A stretch of 64,000 bases of DNA from Lama glama (lineage: Eukaryota): the NCBI GenBank assembly GCA_028534125.1, contig CM052818.1, forward strand, positions 14,758,001 through 14,822,000, written 5' to 3'. Position 1 is the stretch's first letter. The number at the start of each line of letters is the position of its first letter. Both the position numbers and the translations under genes were made by a program. The notes beneath the pieces are model-generated. The model saw nothing but the letters and a program-made list of their open reading frames with translations, did no database searches and was not told the origin of the DNA. Below are positions 12,395 through 24,288 of this stretch, piece by piece.

Positions 12395-13384
12395 ATTCTA
12401 TGAGTCTATGAGTAGACTTTGCAGAAGGGCCTAAGAAGTGAACCCACTATTTCTAATATTATTCCTGTAAGTTTATTTTCCTGAATTTCAAACAACCAAC
12501 TTACAAACTAATTCTTGGAACACAATCTGTTTGAAAATTAGTGTATTTGAGAACAAGGCAGAGGACAGTTGACCCCTAGAACATTTTGACTACCACTTTA
12601 TCACCAAGGATGTTTTAAATTTGAACGTACTAAATGTAACAATCTACCTCATTCTGGGTTAGAAAATATTTTCTGTCAAAACCTCCATAAGCTAATTTAA
12701 TTCACTGATCAAATTTCCATCAGAACAGTTCAGTCATTTTCTGTTTTTCCCATGTTCATTTTTATGTCATTGAAAGTTTTCATTGTGAATATTTTTCATT
12801 TAAATGTTTTAATGACAATTTTATTTATCAATCTATATTTTGTCCATATCAAATGCTCCTAATTACAGCTTCCTCCATTGTAAATTTACTTTCATAGCTA
12901 TTAATTCTAAGAAGCTAGCATTCACTAAGATTTTACTATTCCATACTTTTAAGAGTCTCTTTTATTCTCCATTTTACATTATTAAAATTAAAAATTTTCA
13001 TTTTTATTGTCAATTATTTCTACATAATCATTATGATTCAGGCAAAAAGCTAATGGTTTGTATTTATTTCTTAGGTAATTCATGAGAAAACTGTGAGCAG
13101 TTTTGTGAGACACAGAGAGACATAGACTGACATACAGCCACAGTGACAGTGCCAGCTAGCAACAGAGAGACAGTCAGAGGCTGTAGTTCTGAATGTGCCG
13201 ACTGCTTACTGACCAGGTTAAACTCCCTTAGACCCAAAAAGACCATAAAAATGTCCTCAGCATCATCTGGCACAGTCCAGATGGCCAGGTCCAAAAGTCC
13301 TGCTTCAGGGTATGTATGTGTTCAGTGCACAGCTTAGGAGGAAAGCAAAATAATGGTGGAAAGGCTACTGAGAGGAGAATCAAT

Positions 13385-13620
13385 AGGATACAGTGATTAA
13401 GAGCATGGGCTCTGGTATTAGACTGTCAAGGTTGAAACCCCAGTACTACTACTTAACTTACTGTGTGAGCTGGGAAAGTTACTCCACTACACCTCAACTG
13501 CATCATTCATTAAATGTAGAAAGTGGCTGAAGTCAGAGGGTTGAGGAATAAATGAGTCAATGCATATAAATCAGCGAACACTAGAGCTTGGCACATCCCA
13601 AACTCTCAGCTAATGTCACT
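13385..13620. mobile_element. MIR SINE
   Basis: gtgattaagagcatgggctctgg..tagactg..ggttgaaacccc..cttactgtgtgagctgggaaagttact. Confidence 0.75.
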
Positions 13621-14122
13621 GCATGTGTGCAAATATGTGATTGTTAATTTGTTCCACATACTATGCCTTGATAAATCAGTAGTACTCTCTGCCATTTAAT
13701 GTACTGCAAACGATAGGAGTTACTGCCCTAAAGCTGATTTTTTTAAACCCAACTGTTTATGTATAGCACATTTCTCTTTCTTCTATGTGTACTGTTGCCA
13801 AAAGTCAATTTTCATATACCATTTGACCACCATATGGATAAAAGTGCAATTATATAGTTAAAATCAATAAAAATACATTATGTATTATCAGAAAACACCG
13901 CATAATGGAAAAGTACAGGTTTTCGAGTTAGAAAGATAAAGGATCAAATCCCATTTGTCGACTAAGCACTTGTCCAAGTTACTGACCCTCTCTACCTGTT
14001 TTCTCATTGTTAACACAGGATTAAGGCATATATCTCACAAAATTGTGATGAGGCTTAAGTAAATAACAGTAAGATGCTCAGCACATGGAACATCCCCAGT
14101 AAATGCCACCCATGTGCATACA

Positions 14123-14170
14123 ACACACACACACACACACACACTCTCTCTCTCTCTCTCTCACACTCTC
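14123..14170. repeat. Compound (CA)n(CT)n microsatellite
   Basis: acacacacacacacacacacactctctctctctctctctc read directly. Confidence 0.95.
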
Positions 14171-15299
14171 CTTAACTACACTGCCATCTCTGTCCAGTAG
14201 ATCAAATATTTTGTCAGGTGATTGCCATCATTTTCATATTTTATGCCATGTGTCTGAATGACCTATTGTGGCAATTTTCAATCTAGAGTATCATAATCTT
14301 GGGCGTGTCCAAAGACATGCTGAAGGGTACAAAGCACAGATAATTTTAAGTAATCAACTTCCAGGTCTTCAACTTCCGTGTCTATTCATCCCTAAAACTG
14401 AGCTGCCTGAGAAGGCACCTGTAGTCTGCTGTGACTCTCCTTTCCCACTTCCCTCTTCACAGTCACTCTTGAAAGAAAGGCCCATCTCTTTACAAAAGGC
14501 ACACTCTCTCCCATCTTTAATCTTACCCTGGTACACTGCCCCAAAGTGTAAAAACCACTAGAGTACAAGGATAATCCAATCCTTCCTTTAATCAAGGTTC
14601 CAAAAACACCCCCAGCTTTCTCCTTAAGAAATAAATTTCCAATACAAATTTACCTTTAAAACTGAATAATGTTTATCATACTTTTAAATGTATCTATATG
14701 ATTTTCATCAATTGTATTCTAATAATAATCACAACTGTAACTCAAGCCAGAAGAAAAAAAAATGAACACAGCTTTGTAGTCAAAGGAAATTAAGAAAATA
14801 TATGTAAAATATATGAATGTGCACACATACATATGTATGTACCTACATATTGCAGTAAAGTGTGGTTGGTTAGGGCCAATCAGAAACTCTCAAGCATAAC
14901 AGTGGGATAAAATTCTGTGAGAGAAATGGAATGGAAATCAAATTCAAAGAGAAAAGGTACGATGCAAAATTTCCCACTGTTAAAAATCTGTACTTTGAAT
15001 AAATGTTGGTAAATACTAAATCACTGCCGTATTTGTATTCCATTGGATAAATTTCAGTGATTAAATAACAATAGTTACAATAAGCCAGACAGTACATCCT
15101 TTGCAGCGATTTAAACATATTATAAATCAAAAATTAGATAACTAAATTCTCCCAGGAGCTACACAGGAAAAAAAAAAAAAATCTCCGACAAAGTGAGATT
15201 CAAACACCATCTAATTGTCCTTCCTGAAACTCAAGTCAAGCCCAGTGGTTTCAGTGGCAAGTAACGGGGACCACTAGTTCAAGGGCCCTCTCCTTCTCC

Positions 15300-16030
15300 C
15301 TCCCCGACTTCTTTTCGCCCCCACCCCGCCTTAGGCGGTCCGCACCCAGAGCCCCGCGATCCCTCCTCCCCCCAGCCTCTCCCGCATCCCAATCCTCCGC
15401 TCCTCTCCGACCGCCCCCGCTACCACCCAACCAGCTCTCTTGCGCATGCGCCCTTCGCCTCCTTCCCACCCGCGGCTGCTGTGTCATGGCCGAGCGGAAG
15501 TGCCGGCCACGACGATGCGGGGGCTTTATCAAGGGATGTGTTCCTCTCAGCTTTCTCCTCCTCCTCCCCTAACACCTTAGATCTCCCACTGTAGGGGGGT
15601 CCCCTACCCTGCACTCTCCCGAACACTTCGTAGTCCACGGATTTGAGTGGCCTGGCGGTAGACATGGCGGCGGCGAGCCCTCTGCCGAGGAGTCGGAGCG
15701 GGGTTCGGGGCGCGGTGACTGCGGCGGCCGCGAGAGGGAGGGGGCACATGGGACCGCTTGGCGCACCCCGCGCCTGTCACCGGCCCGGGACGCGAGCGCG
15801 CCGGGGTCACGCGTCGGAAGGCGGCAAATGAGACGGCGGGGACTGGGAGTGAGGGCACCCCGGGACGCCTGGAAGGAAGAGGCCACGCGGCCCCAGGCGC
15901 CCGGGCTCCTTTCCCTGCCCCTCCCTCCTGGCGGAACTGGACTCGCTTCCCGGGAGGGTTGCCCGCTCCGTGTCCCTGGGATTTGTTGAACCACAGTGCT
16001 CCTTTCTCAGCGCTTGTAAATAAAAGCCGG
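15300..16030 (-). promoter_or_regulatory. CpG island / TATA-less promoter of ACYP2 spanning exon 1 and the start of intron 1
   Basis: Abrupt GC- and CpG-rich stretch in an otherwise CpG-poor, AT-rich window. GC boxes (ccgccc), NRF1-like TGCGCATGCGC at 15441-15451, ETS-like CGGAAGTG at 15495-15502. Confidence 0.9.
15608..15665 (-). CDS. ACYP2: Acylphosphatase-2 (muscle type), first coding exon (MSTARPLKSVDYEVFGRVQ + first base of Gly codon)
   Basis: Minus strand reads gccgccgccATG TCT ACC GCC AGG CCA CTC AAA TCC GTG GAC TAC GAA GTG TTC GGG AGA GTG CAG G|gtagggg. Strong -3 purine Kozak context, 58 nt, phase-1 donor. Peptide matches the ACYP2 N-terminus (KSVDYEVFGRVQG). Confidence 0.97.
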
Positions 16031-18252
16031 AGGCTCTGCCCAGATGTCAATAGTTTGATACGCCGAAATGATTGCTTTTGAAATGAAAGACCTGCTAGCT
16101 TGATAGTTGAGGGTATTTGGTTAGTGAATACATTTTTATTAAATGTTCAGGTAATTGCCAAATCTGTCAGGCGATTTTGAACCAGTTCTTGAGGTGATAT
16201 CTGCATCCTATTCTCTACTGAGTCAGAAAGGCTTTGGGCCTGAATCCGTTATCTAAATGGATTATGATATATTCTGGGACCAGGAACTCTAAAAATCTAA
16301 ACGCTTTAATGCTGGTGGAAACAGCAAAAAATAAATTGAAAAAAAGAAAAATCTTGTCTGCTGTTAACTCATACAGCTTTTTTTATGGTCTTGATTATTG
16401 TTCAGCAACACCCCAATTGCCTAGAAGGTTAAAAGTAGTTTATACTTAGAAAAATTTACATCCTGGTGAGCTATTGTGAAATCTTAATTTAAAGCAACCC
16501 AGTACCCCGAAGAGTCTGGATACAGCTATTGATAAGCTGCTGCCTTCTAGAATTCCAAATCCTTTTACTTGTGAGAATTTGCCTTTTTCAACATATTTAT
16601 TGGCTTCAATACCTTTACATATTTCTCTGCATCTGGCCACAGAGTAAAAATAATCCTCTGCAATCTGATTCAATATTGTGTGCCAATTCTATGAGCGCCA
16701 GAAATCATCTAAAACTTGGTTATAATGTGGTTAAATCTTTTTAAAGTAAAATATATTTTGGAAGGGCTAATCCAGGTAATTTTATGTAATGAAGATCCTG
16801 GTTTATTGCAGAGACCTTACAACTTAACCTCTTCCTCTCATCTCCCTTCCTGTTCATTCCTTGCAGACCCTAGAATCAACATAGGTCTGTCATTCTTTTC
16901 AGTGACATATCTTCAAAGTCTCTACACTGTATTCAGAATAAAACCAAAGTTGTTCAGCCTCCACTAATCTTATTACCTGCTTCTACCCTTCCTTTAGTTT
17001 ATAGGTAACCTATTGTCAAGACACTGGATTATTCTGTTCTCTGAACACATCCTGATCTTAAAAACAAACAAACAAAAAAACCATGCTCTTGGATCTACTT
17101 TATCTGGAATACCTTTGATTACCACATCTTCTCCTATCCTGTGCCATCACCTGTGCAAGTACTTACCAGATATCATTCGATATTTAGTATCTTCCCCACT
17201 GGTGCTGCACCTTCCAAGAAGTAAAACCTCAAACTGAGTTTAGGTCCTGTCCCTGATTGTCACTGATCCTGTCAACTGCCTGGGAAGGTTGACATTTGTC
17301 TTTTCTTAATCAGTTTTTGATTTTTCTCCACATTTACCCAAGAGTACCCCTGCCAATTATAATGTAGCTTTATTGTAATTTTAGAGGTGCTATGGCAACA
17401 ATTGACATTTACTTAGCTAAAAAATTGACTGTGTCTGCCAACAGCTGAACATCAGCAAACAGAAATTTTTATGTACCATTTCAGCATGGATTGCCAATAA
17501 TATGTGATTCTAAGACTTGAGAAATTTAAAGCAAATGTTGCTAATGCTTAAGCTAATTTTAAACAACAAAAGCATTTGTGCAAAATTAGAGACATTTTTG
17601 AAAACAGAAGGAAAAACTCCATAATCCTAACACAACTTTTATCATTTTTGTGTATTCTCTTATATGTTTTAAGTACTTAAAATCATAGTATAAATTCAAC
17701 TCTATTCTTTCTTTTTCCATGTTATAGTTTTTCTAATGAATATTTTATTAATTTCACAATATTCTATTAAGTGATATAACCATAAATTTACCTCCTATGT
17801 CCCTGTTGATACATACGCAGGTTGCTTCTAATTTTTCACTACCATGAAAAATATTGTGAAGGAAATATTCCTGCTTGTAGCTTCCTTCACATATTTTTTA
17901 ATTATTTAGGGTAGAAGTTAGACTACCAAATCAAAGGATACAAGTATGTATTGTTCTTGATACGTATTACCAAATCGTTTTCCAAAGGGCTATACCAATT
18001 TAAACATATCACTACCAACACTGTATGAGTATATAATTATTTGGCTTCTGATGCAAACAGATGTCTTCACATATAAAACATGGTTAAATTAGATGAAAAG
18101 TTTTAATTTTGAAACCTGACCAATAGCTTTGGAATAATTGGGCTTTGTATTACTGCCGGTTAAAGTTAAACCCTAGTCATATCATTCCCTTCCTTGAACC
18201 CTTTAAAATAATTCGTATGTGATGCAGGATCATGTTTAAGGTAATACCTAGA

Positions 18253-18752
18253 NNNNNNNNNNNNNNNNNNNNNNNNNNNNNNNNNNNNNNNNNNNNNNNN
18301 NNNNNNNNNNNNNNNNNNNNNNNNNNNNNNNNNNNNNNNNNNNNNNNNNNNNNNNNNNNNNNNNNNNNNNNNNNNNNNNNNNNNNNNNNNNNNNNNNNNN
18401 NNNNNNNNNNNNNNNNNNNNNNNNNNNNNNNNNNNNNNNNNNNNNNNNNNNNNNNNNNNNNNNNNNNNNNNNNNNNNNNNNNNNNNNNNNNNNNNNNNNN
18501 NNNNNNNNNNNNNNNNNNNNNNNNNNNNNNNNNNNNNNNNNNNNNNNNNNNNNNNNNNNNNNNNNNNNNNNNNNNNNNNNNNNNNNNNNNNNNNNNNNNN
18601 NNNNNNNNNNNNNNNNNNNNNNNNNNNNNNNNNNNNNNNNNNNNNNNNNNNNNNNNNNNNNNNNNNNNNNNNNNNNNNNNNNNNNNNNNNNNNNNNNNNN
18701 NNNNNNNNNNNNNNNNNNNNNNNNNNNNNNNNNNNNNNNNNNNNNNNNNNNN
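18253..18752. other. Assembly gap (exactly 500 N)
   Basis: Run of 500 N. The round length suggests a scaffolding placeholder. Confidence 0.99.
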
Positions 18753-19451
18753 AAAGTGAAGTACAATAGAACACGGTTTGCCTGTATTTCATTAAGCCTT
18801 CAGTTACCTCAGCTCTCTCGCCTTCTTCATTGTCCTTTATTCTCTCAACTGATCACCTAGCCTAATCCCTCAAGGCGGGAATAAAATCTATAAAACCCAC
18901 TGCTAACTTGTAAAAGGTAGAGCAGAGTAGAACTCTCAGCAGTCCCACGGATCCAGGGGAAAAGAACTAGCGTTCAGGAAAACAAGTGAGACCAGCACTC
19001 GAGGAGTGAGCCCTGCATTTGATACAGCTTCTGCCCTTAGGACTCTTACTAGGTCTTAAGCTGTGCAATGGTGCGAAGGCAAGAAACCAAGCAGAAATCA
19101 TCTGCTCAAAAGATGAGCAGAGCTTTTGGCAATTTCATCATACTGGGTAGAGAGAGAAAAATGATAGATTGGGGCCCACCAAGGAAGAACAGCCTTGGTA
19201 AACTTGCCAGCCTCCTTGGATACTCCTCAAGACACTCTTAGGAATAAAGGCAAATAAAAATAGACCAACTCTCACAAAGCCTGTAACAGCCTAAAATTAT
19301 CTCAGTCTCCAAGAGCACCAATATGGTCTGGCCCCACTCTAACTGCTGACAAAAAGAAGGATAAATCCTTTTAAGGGAAGATAACATCAACCAGAGCCAT
19401 ATATGTATATTCACATTTTAGGATTAAAAATTATACCAGGCATGCCATTAT

Positions 19452-19948
19452 TGGTGAAAACTTGATTAACAATCGAGTTAAGAAGAAAAAAAGGGAACTT
19501 TATTTGAGCCAAACTGAGGATTATAACCCAGGAGACAAACTCTCAGAAGCTCTGAGAACTGTTCCACCTGTTAGACGTCAAAGGCACAGTCATGTACATT
19601 TTTGAGACAAAGGATCAAACATCAAAATGACATACTGACATTTTACATAAAGTTCACCAAGGATACCTAGTCCAGGTAAGCACACAAAGAGAGCAGCAAG
19701 TCACCGTGACCTCTTATAGACTTGGGAAAGAATGGTAACTTTTTAAGAAGTTACATTGCTAGTGTCAGAAGAAAGAGGGAAAATTGATCTTTGCGGTCGA
19801 GCAGGCACTCCCATCTTTGAGGAAGTCTGGTTAATATATAATGCAGATGCGTATTGCACATTAGGGAGGGAGGCAGGAGGCCCAAACAGACAGAATTTTA
19901 TGTTTGAATTTTCTTGTCGTGCCTTGAAATATAAATTCTATTTAATCA
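19452..19948 (-). mobile_element. ERV1-like solo LTR upstream of ACYP2
   Basis: Minus strand starts TGATTAAATAG and contains gaacagttctcagagc...ttataatcctcagtttggctcAAATAAA, homologous to the 12.1-12.4 kb LTR. Confidence 0.7.
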
Positions 19949-20992
19949 CCAGGAAATAGGTCCAAAAGACAGAAAAGCAAAAGGAAAACAGACAATGGAA
20001 ACAGACCCACTGGTAACCCTGATACTGCTGTTACCAGGCATGGATTTTTTTTAAGTGGCAGTGTGATTTTGTGGGATTACCAACTATATGAAATGTTTAT
20101 TTGAGACTAGAAAATCATGAGTTTATGTTGACACCAGTCTGCTCAGTTGTTTGATTTTTCCCCCCAACAATGCCTTTCTATCCCTGGATCTTTCATTGTG
20201 CCTTAGCCCACTTCTAACAGAATCTCCAGCCCTGTGCTGAAGAATTCTTTATTCCAGAATTTTCAAAAGCCACACTGTTTGGACTCATAACAGGCCCAAA
20301 GGGCTTCAAATAATGATTCCCAGGAGAAGGTATATAAAGGCCAAAAGAAGACAATTCTGAGGTGTGTGTTTCACGGTTTCCCAGAATTTCCCCATAGAAG
20401 CGTCTTGTGGTGCTGGCTTAATAGTACATTTTCTACCAGATGTGTTCCTTCCCTTTGCTACTTCCGCATTTCTCAACCACTATAATCTATATTTTCCAGG
20501 TAAACTCTTTTAACCCAAATCCTTGTTTCAATGTCTGCTGCTGAGGAATCAAAACATAAGCACTCAGGTGTACAGGTGTAGGCATAGAGAAATATGTCCA
20601 GAGTTGGAGTTTTGCCAATTAAGAGTGAAGGAGGGACAAGGGGACATTATTATAAATTTAACACAGCCAAACTTGGGGAAAAGAAGAAAAAAAGAAAAAA
20701 ATGTATAAAGTTTCCATTGGATGGATACAATTTCCATATGAATTTTCCTCATTTATAAAATGCCCTCTCTTCATCTCTACTGCCAATTCAGATCATCTCA
20801 ACACCTGCAAATTATCTGAAGTTTTTCAAATAACCTTCAAAAATATCTAAAGAGGAGAAAAAAAATTCTTCCAGAAACAACTAGATAATATGCCAAGAAC
20901 TGTACCTTTTGGGAAGGGAATGCTTGAATTATTCACCATGCCTCAGTTTGGCATGTTACATTGTATATGCAAATATTCTCTAAGACCTGACT

Positions 20993-21630
20993 AAGTTCCT
21001 AAAAAATCTAAAAATAAACTTACCATATGATCCAGTACTCCCACTCCTGGGCATATATCCAGAGGACAATAAAGTTTGAAAAGACACAGGCACCCCAATG
21101 TTACAGCAGCACTATTTACAGTAGCCAAGACATGGAAACAAACTACATGTCCATCAACAAAGGACTGGATAAAGATGTAGTATACACACACACACACACA
21201 CACACACACAATGGAATACTACTTAACCATTAAAAAGAATAAAATAATGCTATTTGCAGCAACATGGATGAAACTGGAGGTCGTCATTCTAAGTGAAGTA
21301 AGCCAGAAAGAGAAAGAGAAATATCATATGACATCACTTATATGTGGAATCTTAAATAAAAAAGACACAAATGAACTTATTTATAAAACAGAAATGGAGT
21401 CACAGACATAGAGGACAAACTTACAGTTACCAGGGGGTAAAAGGGGTGAGAAGGGATAAATTGGGGGTTCAAAATTTGCACCTCTTGGGGAGTGATGGAA
21501 TTGTTAGATATCTTGATTGTGGTGGTGGTTTCATAGGTGTTTACATCTATCAAAATCCATCAAATTGTACATCTGAAATATGTGTAGTTGACTGTATGGA
21601 AATTATACCACAATAAAGTTGTTTTTTAAA
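20993..21630 (+). mobile_element. LINE-1 3' fragment (with internal (CA)n) abutting an older L1M 3' end
   Basis: ccatatgatccag...gcagcaacatggatg...ctaagtgaagtaagccag, switching at ~21481 to ggggagtgatggaa...caataaagtt. Confidence 0.85.
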
Positions 21631-21669
21631 AGAAGACCTCATATTTTATGCATTGTCCTATCAACCCTT

Positions 21670-21825
21670 TTAATCTAGCTGCATATTACAATCACTTGGG
21701 GGACGTTTTTTACCACCTCTAGAGATTTTAATTTAATTAATACGGGGCTGGGCCAGAGGTCAGCATTTCCTTAAAACCCCCTCAGGTAGCTCTAACGTTC
21801 AGCCAGGGTTGTAAACCACGGCTCT
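21670..21825. mobile_element. MER5A-like hAT-Charlie element
   Basis: gctgcatattacaatcacttgggg...caggtagctctaacgttcagccagggttgtaaaccac. Confidence 0.65.
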
Positions 21826-23354
21826 AAGAGATTGTGATAAATGACGTTTATATAATGCTTTCTCCTTTTCAAAGTGATTTTCACAAAGTGCAGCATCCCC
21901 AAACTAAAATAAGCCCAAAACAGTGGTCTGCACAGGAAACTGAATTGTTAATCTGGTTTGCCACTCAGGCCCCAGAATCTAACCACTTCAGAAATCTCTA
22001 TGTTACAATTCATGGAAAATTTCTTAACAAAGATGACAAAGGGACTTGTGGAGCATGACTAAACTCATCTTTTGTGGTGTTTACATTTTACTATACATTA
22101 AGTTAAAATATATGTGATTAACTACCAAAGGTACATAGTGGGGAATTCTGATAACAACTCCCAGTTCTTCCTCATGAAGGAATTTATAAAAACTCTTGGT
22201 CATTGTGATCAAAGGAACAGTTCCTTTCTCGTCCAGTCTTGATTCTGTTCTCCAAGACTCTGCTGATCGCCATTCATGCATCAAGCTACTCTTGTCCCAC
22301 AGAAGGCTGCATGAGGACGTGTCTTGTATCAGAGTCCTAATTCTACTTGCAGAGAGTTCTTAATCTGTATGTTTGGAACTGCTCAAAGTTCATTTTAAGT
22401 GCCAAGTCTATGCCACCAATAGAGGCTGTCCCCACAGTCACCCTCAGGAAGAGACTGGCCGCTTGCTTTCTTGTGCAACCTGGGGTGGGTTTTCCTCTGT
22501 CTGGCTTAGCCCTGTAGCCGTGTCGGGGTCTCTCAAACCTGCAGGCTCTGGCATCTGTGTTCTCTGTAGCTACAAGCGTTTCCTCTGCCTGCTGCAAGCC
22601 CTGGCTGGCTGGGGAAAGCAGGGAGAATTTATTCTGCTCTATTTGGCAAGAAGAGTAACTTCAAGCTGTAAATGGATCACTCTTGGTACTTCCTATGGGA
22701 TACCATTAAATGTCCCCTGGCAGCATGGACTCAGAGCATTGCTCTCTAATAGTTCATATCCACTATCCTGAGGTCTGTGCTTTGAAATAAATTAATCTTA
22801 TTTGATAGTCATGCAATGTTACAAGAGAACGAAGAAAAGTTATTGCCCATTTTACAGATGAGAAAACTGGGCCACAGAAGCTTAATCAGACTAAGCCACA
22901 GAAGTAGTTAGTGCTAGAATTAGGATGAATAAAAGCATAATAACCACCTCATGGTTCCATATGCAATTGTAAATGGTTTTCTTGTGTAAAAAGGTACATA
23001 ACATAATAAAGAAACAAATGACAAACCGGGAAAAATATTCACAGCATGTGTAACTGAAAATGCTTAACATCACTATGTTAGGAACTCTTGCAAATCAGTA
23101 GGATGAAAGTGCTGCCCTCATAGAAAAATGGGCAGGAAACTCATAAAAGAACGAATATAAATAGCCAACAAATATACGCACTAACGTTTATTAGTGAATA
23201 CAAATTAAAACAACGATTTGGTGGATATTTGTCACTTTTTGTCTATGCATTATTCCTTCTCTCTTTTTTTGAGATTAATGACATTCTTCTTTTTATAATT
23301 ATTTGCACAAACATCTTTTTTTCTCTTAAGAACATATCTTGTTCTTTTTTAAAA

Positions 23355-23640
23355 AATAGACTTAATTTTTTTAAGAGCAGTTTCAGGTTTACAGCAGAGT
23401 TGAGCAGAAAATACAGAGTTCCCACATAGCCCTCCCCACCCACACATATATAGTCCCCTACCCGCAACATCCCTCATCAGTGTGGCATATTTGGTACAAT
23501 CGATGAACCAGCATGGACACATTATTATCAACCAAATTCCATAGTTTACATTAGGGTTCACTCTTGATGTTCTACTTTCTATGGGTTTTGACAAATGCAT
23601 AATGACATGTAGCCACCACGATAGTATCATACAGATTCTC
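23355..23640 (-). mobile_element. Old LINE-1 (L1MC-like) 3' end
   Basis: gagcagtttcaggtttacag...gggttttgacaaatgcataatgacatg. Confidence 0.8.
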
Positions 23641-23976
23641 TTTTTTGACATGAAACATTTTTCTCCCAAATCCCAACTATGTGGTTCTAGGAGGGCTGAT
23701 GACACTTGTACTAGACATCTGTTCTTTTGGTTGGTGCAGCATCCATCCACTCTCCCCTTTTCTCTTTTACAAACCCTCTGCCTCCTCGGTGAGTCCTTGT
23801 GGTTTTGTGGGGCTAATATCTTCCTCCATCCTTGTGCCTGAGCGGCACACGACCCAGTCCTAACCGATCGGATTATCTCATCCCCCTCTGCTACTGTGAT
23901 TGGCTCAGGGATGAATAGTCAACCCAGGCCAACCAGAGTCCTTAGAACCTTTGCTGCGAACGTAAAAAATGATGTA

Positions 23977-24288
23977 CAGTTGGCCCTCAGTAACTGGCTT
24001 TCACATCCAGGAACTTAACCAACTGTGGATCAGAGATATTCGGGGAAAAAATTCCAGAATGTTCCAAAAAGCAGAATATGAATTTCCTGCCCACTGGCAA
24101 CCATTCACATAGCATTTACATTTTAATAGGTATTATAAGTAATCTAGAATGATTTAAAGTATACAAGAGGACGTACATAAGTTATATGCCAGTACTACAC
24201 TATTTTATATGAAGGATTGAGCACCTTCGACTTTGGTATCTGCAGGGGGTCCTGGAACTAACCCTCCTCAGATAGCAAGGGACAGTTG
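23977..24288 (-). mobile_element. MER2-like non-autonomous TcMar-Tigger element
   Basis: Termini cagttggccctc and gggacagttg with TA on both sides; gggggtcctggaac motif near the end. Confidence 0.8.

Noticed and set aside
15251..16081. Several overlapping 60-150 aa ORFs on both strands of the CpG island
   Set aside because: Expected in GC-rich, stop-poor DNA and low-complexity Arg/Gly/Pro/Ala. Only the frame containing ACYP2 exon 1 has recognisable homology.
18166..18792. Long ORFs of 172-208 aa
   Set aside because: Artefacts of translating the 500-N gap.
22081..22771. ORFs up to 132 aa in apparently unique upstream sequence (possible pseudogene or upstream exon)
   Set aside because: No recognisable homology, poly(A) tail or TSD. 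A BLASTX or RNA-seq search would be needed.
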